From: Hyphomicrobium sp. | Lineage (GTDB): Bacteria > Pseudomonadota > Alphaproteobacteria > Rhizobiales > Hyphomicrobiaceae | Assembly (NCBI RefSeq): GCF_019744875.1 | Contig: NZ_JAIETU010000011.1 | Location: 10,723-74,722 of the forward strand | Direction of reading: 5' to 3' | Length of the DNA stretch: 64,000 nucleotides | Shown: one piece after another, positions 17,919 through 28,311 of the stretch | Layout: each line of letters opens with the position of its first letter | How positions within the stretch are numbered: position 1 is the first letter of the stretch | Notes under the pieces: generated by a model | Database searches by the model: none | Told to the model about the DNA's origin: nothing | What the model saw: the letters and a program-made list of their open reading frames with translations, nothing else | Position numbers and translations under genes: made by a program

Positions 17919-19144
17919 ACGAGCGCCGTTCACACGAGATTGTCGCCGGCTTCATGCCGCTGCTTGACAGCGCGATTCTCGTCGCTGCCAAAGAGAAGCG
18001 CTTCGCGGCCGCGGAAGGCATCGATCTCACACTCGTGCGCGAGACATCTTGGGCCAATATCCGCGATCGCATGGCCGTGGGTCATTTTCAGGTTGCCCAC
18101 ATGCTGGCGCCCATGCCGATTGCAGCCAACCTGGGCCTAACACCGCTCGCCGCCGACACCATTGCACCCATTGCGCTTGGCCTGGGTGGCAATGCCGTCA
18201 CGGTATCGAACGCACTCTGGATCCGTATGGCTGTGCATGGCGCCATAGCCGATCTCGATCCCGCTGCAGCAGGACGAGCACTTCGACACGTGGTCGCCGA
18301 GCGACTTGGAGCGACGGATGCGCAATTGCGCTTCGCCGTGGTCCACCCGTTCTCGGGGCACAATTATGAGCTCCGGTATTGGCTTTCGGCCTGCGGGGTC
18401 GAACCGGAGCGCGATGTTGAGATTGTCTACGTGCCGCCGCCGCTCATGGCGGACGCTCTCGCGAGCGGAACCATAGACGGCTACTGCGTCGGCGAACCTT
18501 GGAACACCGCCGCTACGTCGAGCAGCCTTGGACGGATCGCGACGATCAAGGCGGCTCTTTGGCGATCGAGCCCCGAAAAGGTTTTGGGCGTTGCGGCGAA
18601 GTGGGCAGAGCGGGAGCCGGAGGCTCTTGCCGGGCTATTGCGCGCCCTATGCCGCTCGGCGCAATGGTGTGCGTCTCGCGAAAACCACCGCGAGCTTGCG
18701 GAGATGTTGGGCGCCCGCGCGCTCATCGACCGCCCGGCGGAATGGATGCTCCATGGCCTTTCCGGCACGCTCGACATTGGTGGGGGCGAGGCGCGGCAGG
18801 CCGATAACTTTTTCGTGCCGTTTGACAAGGCCGCGACCTTCCCGTGGAAAAGCCACGCGCTCTGGTTCTATTCGCAGATGGTCCGATGGGGACAGGTCGC
18901 GCACAGTGCCGGGAATGCGTCGATCGCGCGCGAGACCTATCGGCCCGACCTCTACCGTAGCGCGTTGAAGCCGCTCGGGATCGCACTTCCATCGGCGAAT
19001 GCGAAGGTGGAAGGAGCGCTTGTCGCGCCGACTCCTGTCGGCTCGGCGGGCGCAAGCCTTACGCTGGGACCGGATGGATTCTTCGATGGCACTCTGTTCG
19101 ATCCAGACCGCCTCGACGACTACATCGAGGCTCAGCGGCGATGA
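17915..19144 (+). CDS. nasS: NasS: cytoplasmic NrtA/CmpA-like nitrate/nitrite sensor
   Basis: NrtA-type binding-protein fold motifs with no signal peptide. ATGA overlap with nasT. Confidence 0.85.
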   Translation: MNERRSHEIVAGFMPLLDSAILVAAKEKRFAAAEGIDLTLVRETSWANIRDRMAVGHFQVAHMLAPMPIAANLGLTPLAADTIAPIALGLGGNAVTVSNALWIRMAVHGAIADLDPAAAGRALRHVVAERLGATDAQLRFAVVHPFSGHNYELRYWLSACGVEPERDVEIVYVPPPLMADALASGTIDGYCVGEPWNTAATSSSLGRIATIKAALWRSSPEKVLGVAAKWAEREPEALAGLLRALCRSAQWCASRENHRELAEMLGARALIDRPAEWMLHGLSGTLDIGGGEARQADNFFVPFDKAATFPWKSHALWFYSQMVRWGQVAHSAGNASIARETYRPDLYRSALKPLGIALPSANAKVEGALVAPTPVGSAGASLTLGPDGFFDGTLFDPDRLDDYIEAQRR

Positions 19145-19312
19145 GACTTGCGGAGTTGCACTGCACAAACTTTGTGCCTCCGAAGTGAAAACTGTCTGTT
19201 CTTTGGCCTTGCTGAAATCCCGCCAACGCGCGTATTCGTTAGATAAGTTCTGATCAGGAGCCATTTGCTGCAGCGCCACCGTAGGTACGCCAGCTGGCTC
19301 TAGATCCTGACA

Positions 19313-19402
19313 GGTGCCCAACGATGGGCGCTGATTTGGCAAAGCCGCCGTTCAAGCCATTGCGCACCAGCGCAGGGGTTTGACCGGCGGCTTTTTTGTT
19401 TT
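19313..19402 (+). promoter_or_regulatory. nas leader: two hexaloop hairpins (ANTAR target) overlapping an intrinsic terminator
   Basis: P1 is GGTGCCC-AACGAT-GGGCGCT. P2 is (T)GGC-AAAGCC-GCC(G). Both loops are A..G.. type. The terminator is GCCGCCG…CGGCGGC + TTTTTTGTTTT (19344-19402). Confidence 0.65.
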
Positions 19403-19432
19403 CAAGCCTCGCGGGCACGGGAGACCGGATCG

Positions 19433-20731
19433 ATGAACGACAGCAGTAGCTCAGATCTCAGTTTGGCGCGCTCGGATGGCCGCGCACTGTGGATGTCCAC
19501 GTTCGCCTTCACCGTGTGCTTCGCGGTGTGGACGATTTTTTCCATCATCGGCGTGAAGATCAAACAGGAGCTTGGTCTCTCGGAAACCGAGTTCGGCCTG
19601 CTGATCGGAACTCCGATCCTGACCGGCTCGCTCTCGCGCATTTTCCTCGGCATCTGGACCGACCGCTTCGGCGGTCGTCTCGTGTTCACGGTCGCGATGC
19701 TGATGACGAGCTTTGCGACAGTGCTGCTCGCCTTCGCTGAAACCTATCCGCAGATGATTGCCGCCGCCCTTGGCGTCGGTCTGGCGGGCGGATCCTTTGC
19801 AGTCGGCGTCGCCTACGTTTCGCGCTTTTATCCGTCGCGACGGCAGGGTACGGCGCTCGGAATTTTCGGCGTCGGTAACGTCGGGGCAGCGGTGACCAAA
19901 TTCGCAGCGCCCTTCGTGCTGCTTGCCTGGGGATGGCAGGCAGTTGCTCTCATATGGGCGGCAGTGCTCGCCGTCATGGCGGTCGCCTTCTACGTCACGA
20001 CCGTTGACGATCCGGTCACCATCGAGCGCCGCAAGACCGGCGCCGCTGCCGCACCTTTCATGTTGGAACTCTCAACGCTGCGCGATAAGCGCGTCTGGCG
20101 CTTCGCGCTCTACTACTTCTTCGTGTTCGGGGCGTTTGTGGCGCTGGCCCTCTGGCTGCCGCGTTACTTGATCGGCGTCTACGGCTTCGACATCGCGACG
20201 GCCGGCATGATCGGCGCGCTCTATTCGATCCCGGCCAGCATCTTTCGGGCCTACGGCGGCATGCTGTCGGACCGGATCGGTGCACGCACAGTGATGTACT
20301 GGAGCCTCGGCGTCTCGGTCCTCGCAACGCTCATCCTATCCCTCCCACCGACGAGCTACGTCATGCGCGGCATCAACGGCGACATCTCCTCTCATTTCGA
20401 GATTGGCGTCGGCGCGTTCATCGTCGTTACATTCGTGCTCGGGTTCTTCATGAGCCTAGGCAAGGCCGCGGTGTTCAAGCACATCGCGACTTACTACCCG
20501 CAGAGCGTCGGCGCGGTCGGCGGCCTAGTCGGCATGATCGGCGGCCTCGGCGGCTTCATCCTTCCCATCGCGTTCGGTGCGCTGAACGACCTCACGGGGC
20601 TGTGGTCCAGCTGCTTCATGCTGCTGTTTCTCATCGTCGCGGGATCGCTCGCGTGGATGGACGTCACGATCCGGCGCCTGAACAGAAACGGGCAGCCCCT
20701 CTCCCCTCGCGCCGTCGTCGCAGCAGAATAG
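19433..20731 (+). CDS. narK: MFS nitrate/nitrite transporter (NarK/NrtP type)
   Basis: 12-TM MFS protein with a nitrate-porter signature (GGSFAVGVAYVSRFYP…GNVGAAV…). First gene after the nas leader. Confidence 0.85.
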   Translation: MNDSSSSDLSLARSDGRALWMSTFAFTVCFAVWTIFSIIGVKIKQELGLSETEFGLLIGTPILTGSLSRIFLGIWTDRFGGRLVFTVAMLMTSFATVLLAFAETYPQMIAAALGVGLAGGSFAVGVAYVSRFYPSRRQGTALGIFGVGNVGAAVTKFAAPFVLLAWGWQAVALIWAAVLAVMAVAFYVTTVDDPVTIERRKTGAAAAPFMLELSTLRDKRVWRFALYYFFVFGAFVALALWLPRYLIGVYGFDIATAGMIGALYSIPASIFRAYGGMLSDRIGARTVMYWSLGVSVLATLILSLPPTSYVMRGINGDISSHFEIGVGAFIVVTFVLGFFMSLGKAAVFKHIATYYPQSVGAVGGLVGMIGGLGGFILPIAFGALNDLTGLWSSCFMLLFLIVAGSLAWMDVTIRRLNRNGQPLSPRAVVAAE

Positions 20732-20746
20732 CGGGAGGCCAGTGGA

Positions 20747-23197
20747 ATGACTGAGAAACTCATCATCATTGGCAATGGCATGGCCCCCGGGCGCATGCTG
20801 GAGTATCTCCTCGAGAAGGCGGCGGGGCGTTACGAGATCACCATCTTCAATGCCGAGCCGCGCGTGAACTATGACCGCATCATGCTGTCGCCGGTTCTCT
20901 CCGGCGAGAAGGACTACGAGCAGATCATCATTCACGGTGACGGCTGGTACATCAAGAACGGCATCACCCTCTACAAGGGCCACAAGGTCGTTGCGATCGA
21001 CCGCGCCGCGAAGACCGTGACCTCCGACAAGGGCGTCACGGCCGCATACGACAAACTGGTGATTGCCACGGGCTCGGTACCATTCATCCTTCCGGTGCCA
21101 GGCAACACGCTGCCGGGCGTTCTCTCATACCGCGACCTCGACGACGTGCAGGCCATGCTGCTCGCGGCGCAGTCGCGCTCGAAGGCAGTGGTGATTGGCG
21201 GCGGCCTTCTCGGGCTGGAGGCGGCTGCCGGGCTGAAAGAGCGGGGCATGGACGTCACCGTGCTCCACCTCATGCCGACGCTGATGGAGCGCCAGCTCGA
21301 TCCTGCCGCCGGCTATATGCTGCAGCAAGAACTCGAGAGCCGCGGCATCAAAGTCATCACCAAGGCTTCGACCAAATGCATTCTGGGTGCGCGCAAGGTC
21401 GAGGGCGTGGAGCTTGACGATGGGCGGATCATTCCGGCGACGCTTGTGGTCATGGCTGCCGGCATCAAGCCTAACGCCTGGATCGCGAAGGAGGCCGGCA
21501 TCGCCACCAATCGCGGCATCCTCGTCGATGATCGCATGCAGACATCGGATCCCGACATCATGTCTCTCGGCGAATGCGCCGAGGTCGGCGGACACGTCTA
21601 TGGCCTTGTCGCGCCACTGTACGAAATGGCGCGTATCGCCGCCGCGAAGCTCGCGGGCGAACAGGGGCCGGGCTTTGTCCACAACGACACCCCCACCAAG
21701 CTCAAAGTCACCGGCATCGACGTCTTCTCGCTCGGCGATTTCGCCGACGGTGAGGACCGGCAGGAGATCGTGCTGCGGGACGCTGCGGCGGGTGTCTACA
21801 AGCGGCTGGTGCTCAAGGAGAACCGGATCGTCGGCACCGTCCTCTACGGCGAAACGGCCGACGGCGCGTGGTTCAACGACCTCAAGAAAAAAGCGATCGA
21901 CATCTCGGACATGCGCGAGACGCTGATCTTCGGCCAGGCCTACCAAGGTGGCGCGCCGCTGGACCCTACGGCGGCCGTTGCAGCGTTGCCCGATGACGCA
22001 GAAATTTGCGGCTGCAACGGCGTGTGCAAGGGCAAGATCGTCTCGACGATTAACGACAAGGGCCTGACGTCGCTCGACGACGTGCGGGCGCACACTAAGG
22101 CGTCCGCGTCGTGCGGTTCGTGCACGGGCCTCGTCGAGCAGGTGATGAAGTTCACCCTCGGAGACGCCTACAATCCCATTGCCGTGCAGCCGATGTGCGC
22201 TTGCACGACATTAGGCCATGACGACGTGCGCCGCTTGATCAAGGCGAAGGGTCTGAAGTCCATCTACGCCGTCATGCAGGAGCTGGAGTGGAAGACATCT
22301 TGCGGCTGCGCCAAGTGCAGGCCGGCGCTCAATTACTATCTCATCTGCGACTGGCCCGGCGAATATGCCGACGACTATCAATCGCGCTTCATCAACGAGC
22401 GCGTTCACGCCAACATCCAGAAGGACGGCACCTATTCAGTCGTTCCGCGCATGTGGGGCGGCGTGACGAACGCCAGAGAATTGCGCGCCATCGCTGACGT
22501 GGTCGACAAGTTCCAGATCCCGGCCGTGAAAGTCACCGGCGGCCAGCGGATCGACATGCTCGGCGTTCGCAAGGAGGATCTGCCTTCGGTGTGGGCCGAT
22601 CTCGGCAAGGCCGGGTTCGTATCCGGGCATGCCTACGCCAAGGGTCTGCGGACGGTGAAAACGTGCGTCGGCAGCGAATGGTGCCGCTTCGGCACGCAGG
22701 ATTCCACTGGCCTCGGCATCCGCATAGAAAAATTCATGTGGGGTTCCTGGACACCCGCCAAGGTGAAGATGGCCGTCTCTGGCTGTCCGAGAAACTGCGC
22801 CGAAGCCACCTGCAAGGACGTCGGCGTCATCTGCGTCGATAGCGGATACGAGATCCACTTTGCCGGTGCCGCCGGCCTCGACATCAAGGGCACCGAAGTT
22901 CTTGGCCTCGTCAAAACGGAGGACGACGCGCTCGAGGCCGTCGTCGCGCTGACGCAGATGTACCGCGAGCAGGCACGGTATCTCGAGCGCATCTACAAAT
23001 GGGCAAAACGCGTCGGCATCGACGAAATACGCCGGCAGATCCTCGACGATCCGGAACGCCGGCGCAGTTACTTCGATCGCTTCGTGCATTCGCAGAAATT
23101 CGCCCAAGTCGATCCCTGGTCGGAGCGCGTGTCCGGCCTGCACAAGCACGAGTTCCGTCCGCTCGCCACGGTCGGCCTTCCCCAAGCAGCGGAGTGA
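20747..23197 (+). CDS. nirB: NAD(P)H-dependent assimilatory nitrite reductase, large subunit
   Basis: FAD/NAD fold, BFD-like 2Fe-2S domain (CGCNGVCKG), sirohaem/4Fe-4S motifs (CVGSEWCRFG…SGCPRNCAEA). 816 aa. Confidence 0.95.
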   Translation: MTEKLIIIGNGMAPGRMLEYLLEKAAGRYEITIFNAEPRVNYDRIMLSPVLSGEKDYEQIIIHGDGWYIKNGITLYKGHKVVAIDRAAKTVTSDKGVTAAYDKLVIATGSVPFILPVPGNTLPGVLSYRDLDDVQAMLLAAQSRSKAVVIGGGLLGLEAAAGLKERGMDVTVLHLMPTLMERQLDPAAGYMLQQELESRGIKVITKASTKCILGARKVEGVELDDGRIIPATLVVMAAGIKPNAWIAKEAGIATNRGILVDDRMQTSDPDIMSLGECAEVGGHVYGLVAPLYEMARIAAAKLAGEQGPGFVHNDTPTKLKVTGIDVFSLGDFADGEDRQEIVLRDAAAGVYKRLVLKENRIVGTVLYGETADGAWFNDLKKKAIDISDMRETLIFGQAYQGGAPLDPTAAVAALPDDAEICGCNGVCKGKIVSTINDKGLTSLDDVRAHTKASASCGSCTGLVEQVMKFTLGDAYNPIAVQPMCACTTLGHDDVRRLIKAKGLKSIYAVMQELEWKTSCGCAKCRPALNYYLICDWPGEYADDYQSRFINERVHANIQKDGTYSVVPRMWGGVTNARELRAIADVVDKFQIPAVKVTGGQRIDMLGVRKEDLPSVWADLGKAGFVSGHAYAKGLRTVKTCVGSEWCRFGTQDSTGLGIRIEKFMWGSWTPAKVKMAVSGCPRNCAEATCKDVGVICVDSGYEIHFAGAAGLDIKGTEVLGLVKTEDDALEAVVALTQMYREQARYLERIYKWAKRVGIDEIRRQILDDPERRRSYFDRFVHSQKFAQVDPWSERVSGLHKHEFRPLATVGLPQAAE

Positions 23198-23201
23198 CGC
23201 C

Positions 23202-23528
23202 ATGCAGTGGATTGCAATCGGACAGCTATCGGATATTCCGCAGCGCGGCGCGCGATGCATCAAAACCCCTCACGGAAAAGTGGCCGTGTTCCGCACGGGT
23301 GACGATCGCGTGTTCGCTATCGAAGATCATTGCCCCCACAGGGGTGGCCCATTGAGTCAGGGCATCGTCCACGGCGCCTCCGTGACGTGTCCGTTGCACA
23401 ACTGGGTCATCTCTCTTGAGACCGGAAAGGCGCAAGGCGCAGACGAAGGAGCCGTGCGCACCATTCCGCTGAAAACAGAAGGCGGAACGATCTATATCGC
23501 CAGCAGCGCCGCAGTAGAGGCGGCCTGA
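23202..23528 (+). CDS. nirD: Nitrite reductase small subunit (Rieske-like)
   Basis: CPHRGGPLSQG…CPLHNW. 108 aa, directly after nirB. Confidence 0.9.
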   Translation: MQWIAIGQLSDIPQRGARCIKTPHGKVAVFRTGDDRVFAIEDHCPHRGGPLSQGIVHGASVTCPLHNWVISLETGKAQGADEGAVRTIPLKTEGGTIYIASSAAVEAA

Positions 23529-23531
23529 GCG

Positions 23532-26192
23532 ATGGAAATGGCCGCCCCGCGCTCCGTCAAGACGACATGCCCCTATTGCGGCGTCGGCTGTGGGGTTATT
23601 GCCGAAATCGGCTCGGGCGGTGACGCGAGCGTCCGCGGAGACCCGGATCATCCGGCGAACTTCGGGCGGCTCTGTTCCAAAGGCTCGGCTCTGGCGGAGA
23701 CGATCGGGCTCGATGGGCGGCTGCTCGATCCCGAGATCCAGGGCGCTCGAACGAATTGGAACACGGCGCTCGATCTCGTCGCCACGAAATTTAGCAACAC
23801 GATCCGAGAGCACGGGCCCGACTCCATCGCCTTCTACGTTTCCGGACAGCTTCTCACAGAAGACTACTACGTCGTGAACAAGCTGATGAAAGGTTTCATT
23901 GGCACGGCGAACATCGACACCAACTCTCGCCTGTGCATGGCGTCGTCCGTTGCCGGGCACCGCCGCGCTTTCGGCTCCGATACCGTGCCCGGCTGCTACG
24001 AGGATCTCGAACTCGCCGATCTCGTCGTGCTGGTCGGCTCGAATCTCGCCTGGTGCCATCCCGTGCTCTACCAGCGCATCGCCGCCGCCAAGGAGAAGCG
24101 GCCCGAGATGAAGGTCGTGCTGATCGATCCGCGCCGCACCGCGACAAACGACCTCGCGGATCTTCACCTGGCGATACGGCCTGACGGCGACGTCTCGTTG
24201 TTCCTCGGCTTGCTGAGCCACCTCGGGCGCAACCGCGCGATCAACGCGCAATACGTTAGCCGCCACACCTCGGGCATCGTCGAAGCGCTTTGCGCCGCCG
24301 ATGAGCTTGACCCCTATACGCTGGTACGAAGAACGGGTCTGCCGCTTGCAACGCTGGAAAGGTTCTATGCGCTGTTCGCGGCGACCGAGCGCACCGTCAC
24401 CGTTTACAGCCAGGGCGTGAACCAGTCCGCATCGGGCACGGACAAAGTCAACGCGATCATCAATTGCCACCTGGCAACCGGACGCATCGGCAGGCCCGGC
24501 ATGGGACCGTTCTCGGTCACTGGCCAGCCGAATGCGATGGGCGGGCGCGAGGTCGGCGGCCTCGCAAATATGCTGGCCGCGCACATGGCCATCGAGAACC
24601 CCGAGGATCGTGACCGCGTGCAACGCTTCTGGCGCGCGCCGGCCATCGCCACGAAGCCCGGCCTCAAGGCCGTCGATATGTTCCGCGCTGTCGCCGATGG
24701 ACGGATCAAAGCCTTGTGGGTGATTGCGACGAATCCCGTCGTCTCGATGCCGGACGCAGAAAACGTCAAAAACGCCATCGCGGCCTGCCCGTTTGTCGTT
24801 GTGTCGGACGTTACGGCGCAGACTGACACAGCAAAGCTCGCGCATGTTCTGCTTCCCGCCCTCGCCTGGGGCGAGAAAAGCGGCACCGTCACCAACTCAG
24901 AGCGCCGCATTACGCGCCAGCGCAGTTTTCTACGCGCGCCCGGTGCAGCCCGGGCCGACTGGTGGATCGTCTCAGAGGTGGCTAAGCGCATGGGTCATGG
25001 AGAGGCGTTCTCCTATCGTGGGCCGGAAGACATCTTTGCCGAGCATGCCGCGCTTTCGGCTTTCGAGAACAACGGGACGCGCGACTTGGATATCGGCGCG
25101 TACGCTCAGCTCGACGCCGCCGACTACGACGAACTCCCGCCGTTCCAATGGCCAAGCCCGAAGCAGGGCGAAGCGAGGGTGCGCTTGTTCCACGACGGCG
25201 GATTTTATACGCCGGACGGCAAAGCGCGCATCGTTCCGATCAGCCCCGGCGCTGAGGAGCCTGCTACGCCGGGCTTCCCGCTGACCCTCAACACGGGCCG
25301 CGTGCGCGATCACTGGCACACGATGACTCGAACCGGCAAAAGCGAGCGGTTGTCGCAGCACTACGCCGAGCCGTTCGCTGAAATTCATCCTGACGACGCT
25401 GAGCGTTTCCGGGTCAAAGACGCCGACCTGGTTCGCGTCTCCACGGGGCTGAACTCCATACTGGTGCGGGCGCTCGTGACACCTCGCCAACAACCGTGCT
25501 CGATCTTCGTTCCGATGCATTGGAACGATCAGTTCGCTTCGAGCGCACGCGTCGATTGCCTCGTCCCCAGCATTACGGATCCGATTTCCGGCCAGCCGGC
25601 CTCTAAAAACGTTCCGGCTCGGATCGAGCGCTACGTAGCGGCCACGTACGGCTTCGCGGTGCTGCGTTCGCGGCCCGCGCGCGTTCCCGCGCAATACTGG
25701 GCGATCGCCAAATGCAAAGGCGGATGGCGAGTTGAGTTTGCTCTATCGAGCGAACCCGGCGACTGGCACGCCTTCGCGCGCGGCCTCCTCTCCAGCGCAA
25801 ACGACCCGGCCAACTACGAGGATACGCAAACAGGACGCAGACGCTTTGCGGCCTATGGCGACGGGCATCTCACCGGAATGCTGTTTCTAGCGCCGGAACC
25901 GGTTGCCGTCTCGCGCGAATGGGCCATTTCACAGCTCGCCGCGTCGAACACCTCAGCGGGCAAGCGCAACGCAGTTCTCGCAGGACGCCCCGGAGCTGGC
26001 GTCGTCGACCGCGGTGCGACGGTCTGTGCCTGCTACGGCATTGGCGCGAACGAGATCTCTGCGGCCGTTCGAAACGGCTGCTGCACCGTCGCGGCCATCG
26101 GTGAAGCCACTCAGGCAGGTACCAACTGCGGCTCGTGCCGTCCCGAGATCAAGAGGATCATTCATGACAACACGCTCGCGAAGGCCGGCTAA
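23532..26192 (+). CDS. nasA: Assimilatory nitrate reductase catalytic subunit (molybdopterin) with C-terminal BFD-like domain
   Basis: N-terminal 4Fe-4S motif CPYCGVGCG…C, MopB and molybdopterin-binding regions, C-terminal CACYGIG…CGSCRPE. Confidence 0.9.
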   Translation: MEMAAPRSVKTTCPYCGVGCGVIAEIGSGGDASVRGDPDHPANFGRLCSKGSALAETIGLDGRLLDPEIQGARTNWNTALDLVATKFSNTIREHGPDSIAFYVSGQLLTEDYYVVNKLMKGFIGTANIDTNSRLCMASSVAGHRRAFGSDTVPGCYEDLELADLVVLVGSNLAWCHPVLYQRIAAAKEKRPEMKVVLIDPRRTATNDLADLHLAIRPDGDVSLFLGLLSHLGRNRAINAQYVSRHTSGIVEALCAADELDPYTLVRRTGLPLATLERFYALFAATERTVTVYSQGVNQSASGTDKVNAIINCHLATGRIGRPGMGPFSVTGQPNAMGGREVGGLANMLAAHMAIENPEDRDRVQRFWRAPAIATKPGLKAVDMFRAVADGRIKALWVIATNPVVSMPDAENVKNAIAACPFVVVSDVTAQTDTAKLAHVLLPALAWGEKSGTVTNSERRITRQRSFLRAPGAARADWWIVSEVAKRMGHGEAFSYRGPEDIFAEHAALSAFENNGTRDLDIGAYAQLDAADYDELPPFQWPSPKQGEARVRLFHDGGFYTPDGKARIVPISPGAEEPATPGFPLTLNTGRVRDHWHTMTRTGKSERLSQHYAEPFAEIHPDDAERFRVKDADLVRVSTGLNSILVRALVTPRQQPCSIFVPMHWNDQFASSARVDCLVPSITDPISGQPASKNVPARIERYVAATYGFAVLRSRPARVPAQYWAIAKCKGGWRVEFALSSEPGDWHAFARGLLSSANDPANYEDTQTGRRRFAAYGDGHLTGMLFLAPEPVAVSREWAISQLAASNTSAGKRNAVLAGRPGAGVVDRGATVCACYGIGANEISAAVRNGCCTVAAIGEATQAGTNCGSCRPEIKRIIHDNTLAKAG

Positions 26193-26976
26193 AGGTGTGC
26201 GAAACAACGGCGGGGGCGTCACCCTGGTGGGAGCCGGGCCAGGTGATCCGGATCTGCTGACTCTCAAGGCTATCAAGGCCATGCAGGACGCAGACGTCAT
26301 CTTGTTCGACGCGCTCGTCTCCTACGAAATCCTCGCGTTCGCCAGAACAAACGCGAAGCGTATGCTCGTCGGCAAGCGCGGGCACCGTCTATCCTGCCGC
26401 CAGGACGACATCAACGACCTGATGCTGAAGCTCGCCCGGCGGGGCAAGCACGTCGTACGCCTGAAATGCGGCGACCCCTCTATTTTTGGCCGCGCAGGCG
26501 AAGAGATCGCCCATCTAGAAGCGGCCGGCATTCCCGTGAGCGTCGTGCCGGGAATCACCAGCGCTTCCGCCATGGCGGCATCCCTCAACATGTCGCTGAC
26601 GCATCGCGACTGCGCTCATTCCGTCCGCTTCGTCACCGGCCACGCAAAAACCGGGGACATGCCAGCCGATCTCGACTGGAAGGGGATTGCCGATCCCACA
26701 ACGACGCTTGTCGTTTACATGGGTGGCCGCACGAGCGGGGCGATTGCACGCCGCCTCATGGCCGAAGGCCTCGATGTGTCGACGCCGTGTGTCCTCGCAA
26801 CTTCGATTTCGCAGCCTAGAGCGCACCACCGCCTTGGCACCCTCCAAGATCTCGCCAGCGGAACATTGCAGAGTGAAAGTGACGACCCCGTACTGATCGG
26901 CATCGGCTCTGCATTCGCTGTGGCCGCGTCGCGCGCGAACGACATACCGCTAGCCGCCGCATCCTGCCAATCGTGA
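26164..26976 (+). CDS. cobA: Uroporphyrinogen-III C-methyltransferase (sirohaem branch)
   Basis: VTLVGAGPGDPDLLTLKA…VVRLKCGDPSIFGRAGEE…VVPGITSA. Overlaps the nasA 3' end by 29 nt. Confidence 0.85.
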   Translation: MTTRSRRPAKGVRNNGGGVTLVGAGPGDPDLLTLKAIKAMQDADVILFDALVSYEILAFARTNAKRMLVGKRGHRLSCRQDDINDLMLKLARRGKHVVRLKCGDPSIFGRAGEEIAHLEAAGIPVSVVPGITSASAMAASLNMSLTHRDCAHSVRFVTGHAKTGDMPADLDWKGIADPTTTLVVYMGGRTSGAIARRLMAEGLDVSTPCVLATSISQPRAHHRLGTLQDLASGTLQSESDDPVLIGIGSAFAVAASRANDIPLAAASCQS

Positions 26977-27003
26977 CACCTACGCAGTAACGACGGGTCG
27001 CAC

Positions 27004-28311
27004 ATGAAAATTCGCATAGCTCCGTGCCTTTCACCGTTCGCCATCGCTTCTTCGCTCATCGCGGCAGGCGCACCAGGACTGGCGGCTGACATCTCCGGAG
27101 ACTGTTGCGCCGATCTCGAGGCAAGGATCGCGCAATTAAAGGCCGCAACGGCCCGGAAAGGGAACCGCAAAGTCAAACTCACCATCTCGGGGTATGTCGC
27201 GCAGGAGATCACCTGGTGGGACGATGGCGGAGAGCGAAACGCGTATCTCCACGGTCTCGGTCCGACGCAGGCAACGCACGTCAAACTCAATGGCGAAGCT
27301 GTCATCTCGCCGGGCTGGAAAGCCGGCCATCTGATCCGCATCCAAAATCTTTCGGACAATCCGTTTGGCCGTAGCGGCGCGGCCGCCATGGACCAGAACA
27401 GCAGCACGTTCAATCAAGGCCTCAATCTGCAGATGTCTTATTGGTATCTGCAGAGCGAAGCATTTGGGACGCTGAGCATTGGAAAGCTGGCACCCGCTGC
27501 CAAGAGCATAGCCATGTTTACCGATAAATCTGGAACTCAGATTATCGACAACGACACGTTCCTCGATGGCTTTCCGCAGTTCATCATCCGCAGCGGAGGC
27601 GATCTCTCACCTGCGGGACTGACCTGGGGGCAGCTCGCCTTTTGCTACGCGCAGAACGCGCCTCTCGGTGGCGATTGCGACGGACTCGTCATGAATGCGG
27701 TGCGATACGACACGCCTGTATTCGCGGGCTTCAGCGCGTCCGCGAGCTGGGGCCAGGATGACGACTGGCAGATCGGAGCGCGATATGCCGGAGAAAAATC
27801 GGGTTTTAAAGTGCTGCTCGGCGTCGGCTACTCCGGGAGCACCGACGAGAATCTCTCTGTCGTCCTGCCGAGCCTGATCGAAAAAGATTCTCGTTATTTC
27901 CAGGCCGGCGGATACGCTGAGCACGTGGACACCGGGTTATTCCTGCACGTTGCCTATGGCCGCGAGGATAACGGCGGCACCCGTCTCGCCGGCAACGCAA
28001 CGCCTCCAAACGGTGAGCATTGGTTTTTGAAAGGAGGTGTGCGGAGGAAATGGACACCACTCGGGGCCACGATAGTTTATGGCGACGCCGGAAAGTATAT
28101 CGACCAGGTTGGACCCGCTGCCGTTTCGTTCGGGATCACGTCGAGCGAACTCAACCAGTTCGGTGGTGGAATCGTCCAGGAGCTGGACTCGGTTTCAATG
28201 TCCGTCTGGCTCAAGTATCGCCAGCAGAGCGCCGAAATCTCCGGCGCCGGCGCGATGGGTCCGCTTGAAGACCTACAAACGTTATCAATGGGCGTCCTCG
28301 TCAGTTTCTAG
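27004..28311 (+). CDS. Outer-membrane porin (alphaproteobacterial Porin_2/Omp2b-like)
   Basis: Signal peptide, N-terminal coiled segment (DLEARIAQLKAATARKGNRKV), alternating beta-strand pattern, C-terminal …GVLVSF. Confidence 0.7.
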   Translation: MKIRIAPCLSPFAIASSLIAAGAPGLAADISGDCCADLEARIAQLKAATARKGNRKVKLTISGYVAQEITWWDDGGERNAYLHGLGPTQATHVKLNGEAVISPGWKAGHLIRIQNLSDNPFGRSGAAAMDQNSSTFNQGLNLQMSYWYLQSEAFGTLSIGKLAPAAKSIAMFTDKSGTQIIDNDTFLDGFPQFIIRSGGDLSPAGLTWGQLAFCYAQNAPLGGDCDGLVMNAVRYDTPVFAGFSASASWGQDDDWQIGARYAGEKSGFKVLLGVGYSGSTDENLSVVLPSLIEKDSRYFQAGGYAEHVDTGLFLHVAYGREDNGGTRLAGNATPPNGEHWFLKGGVRRKWTPLGATIVYGDAGKYIDQVGPAAVSFGITSSELNQFGGGIVQELDSVSMSVWLKYRQQSAEISGAGAMGPLEDLQTLSMGVLVSF

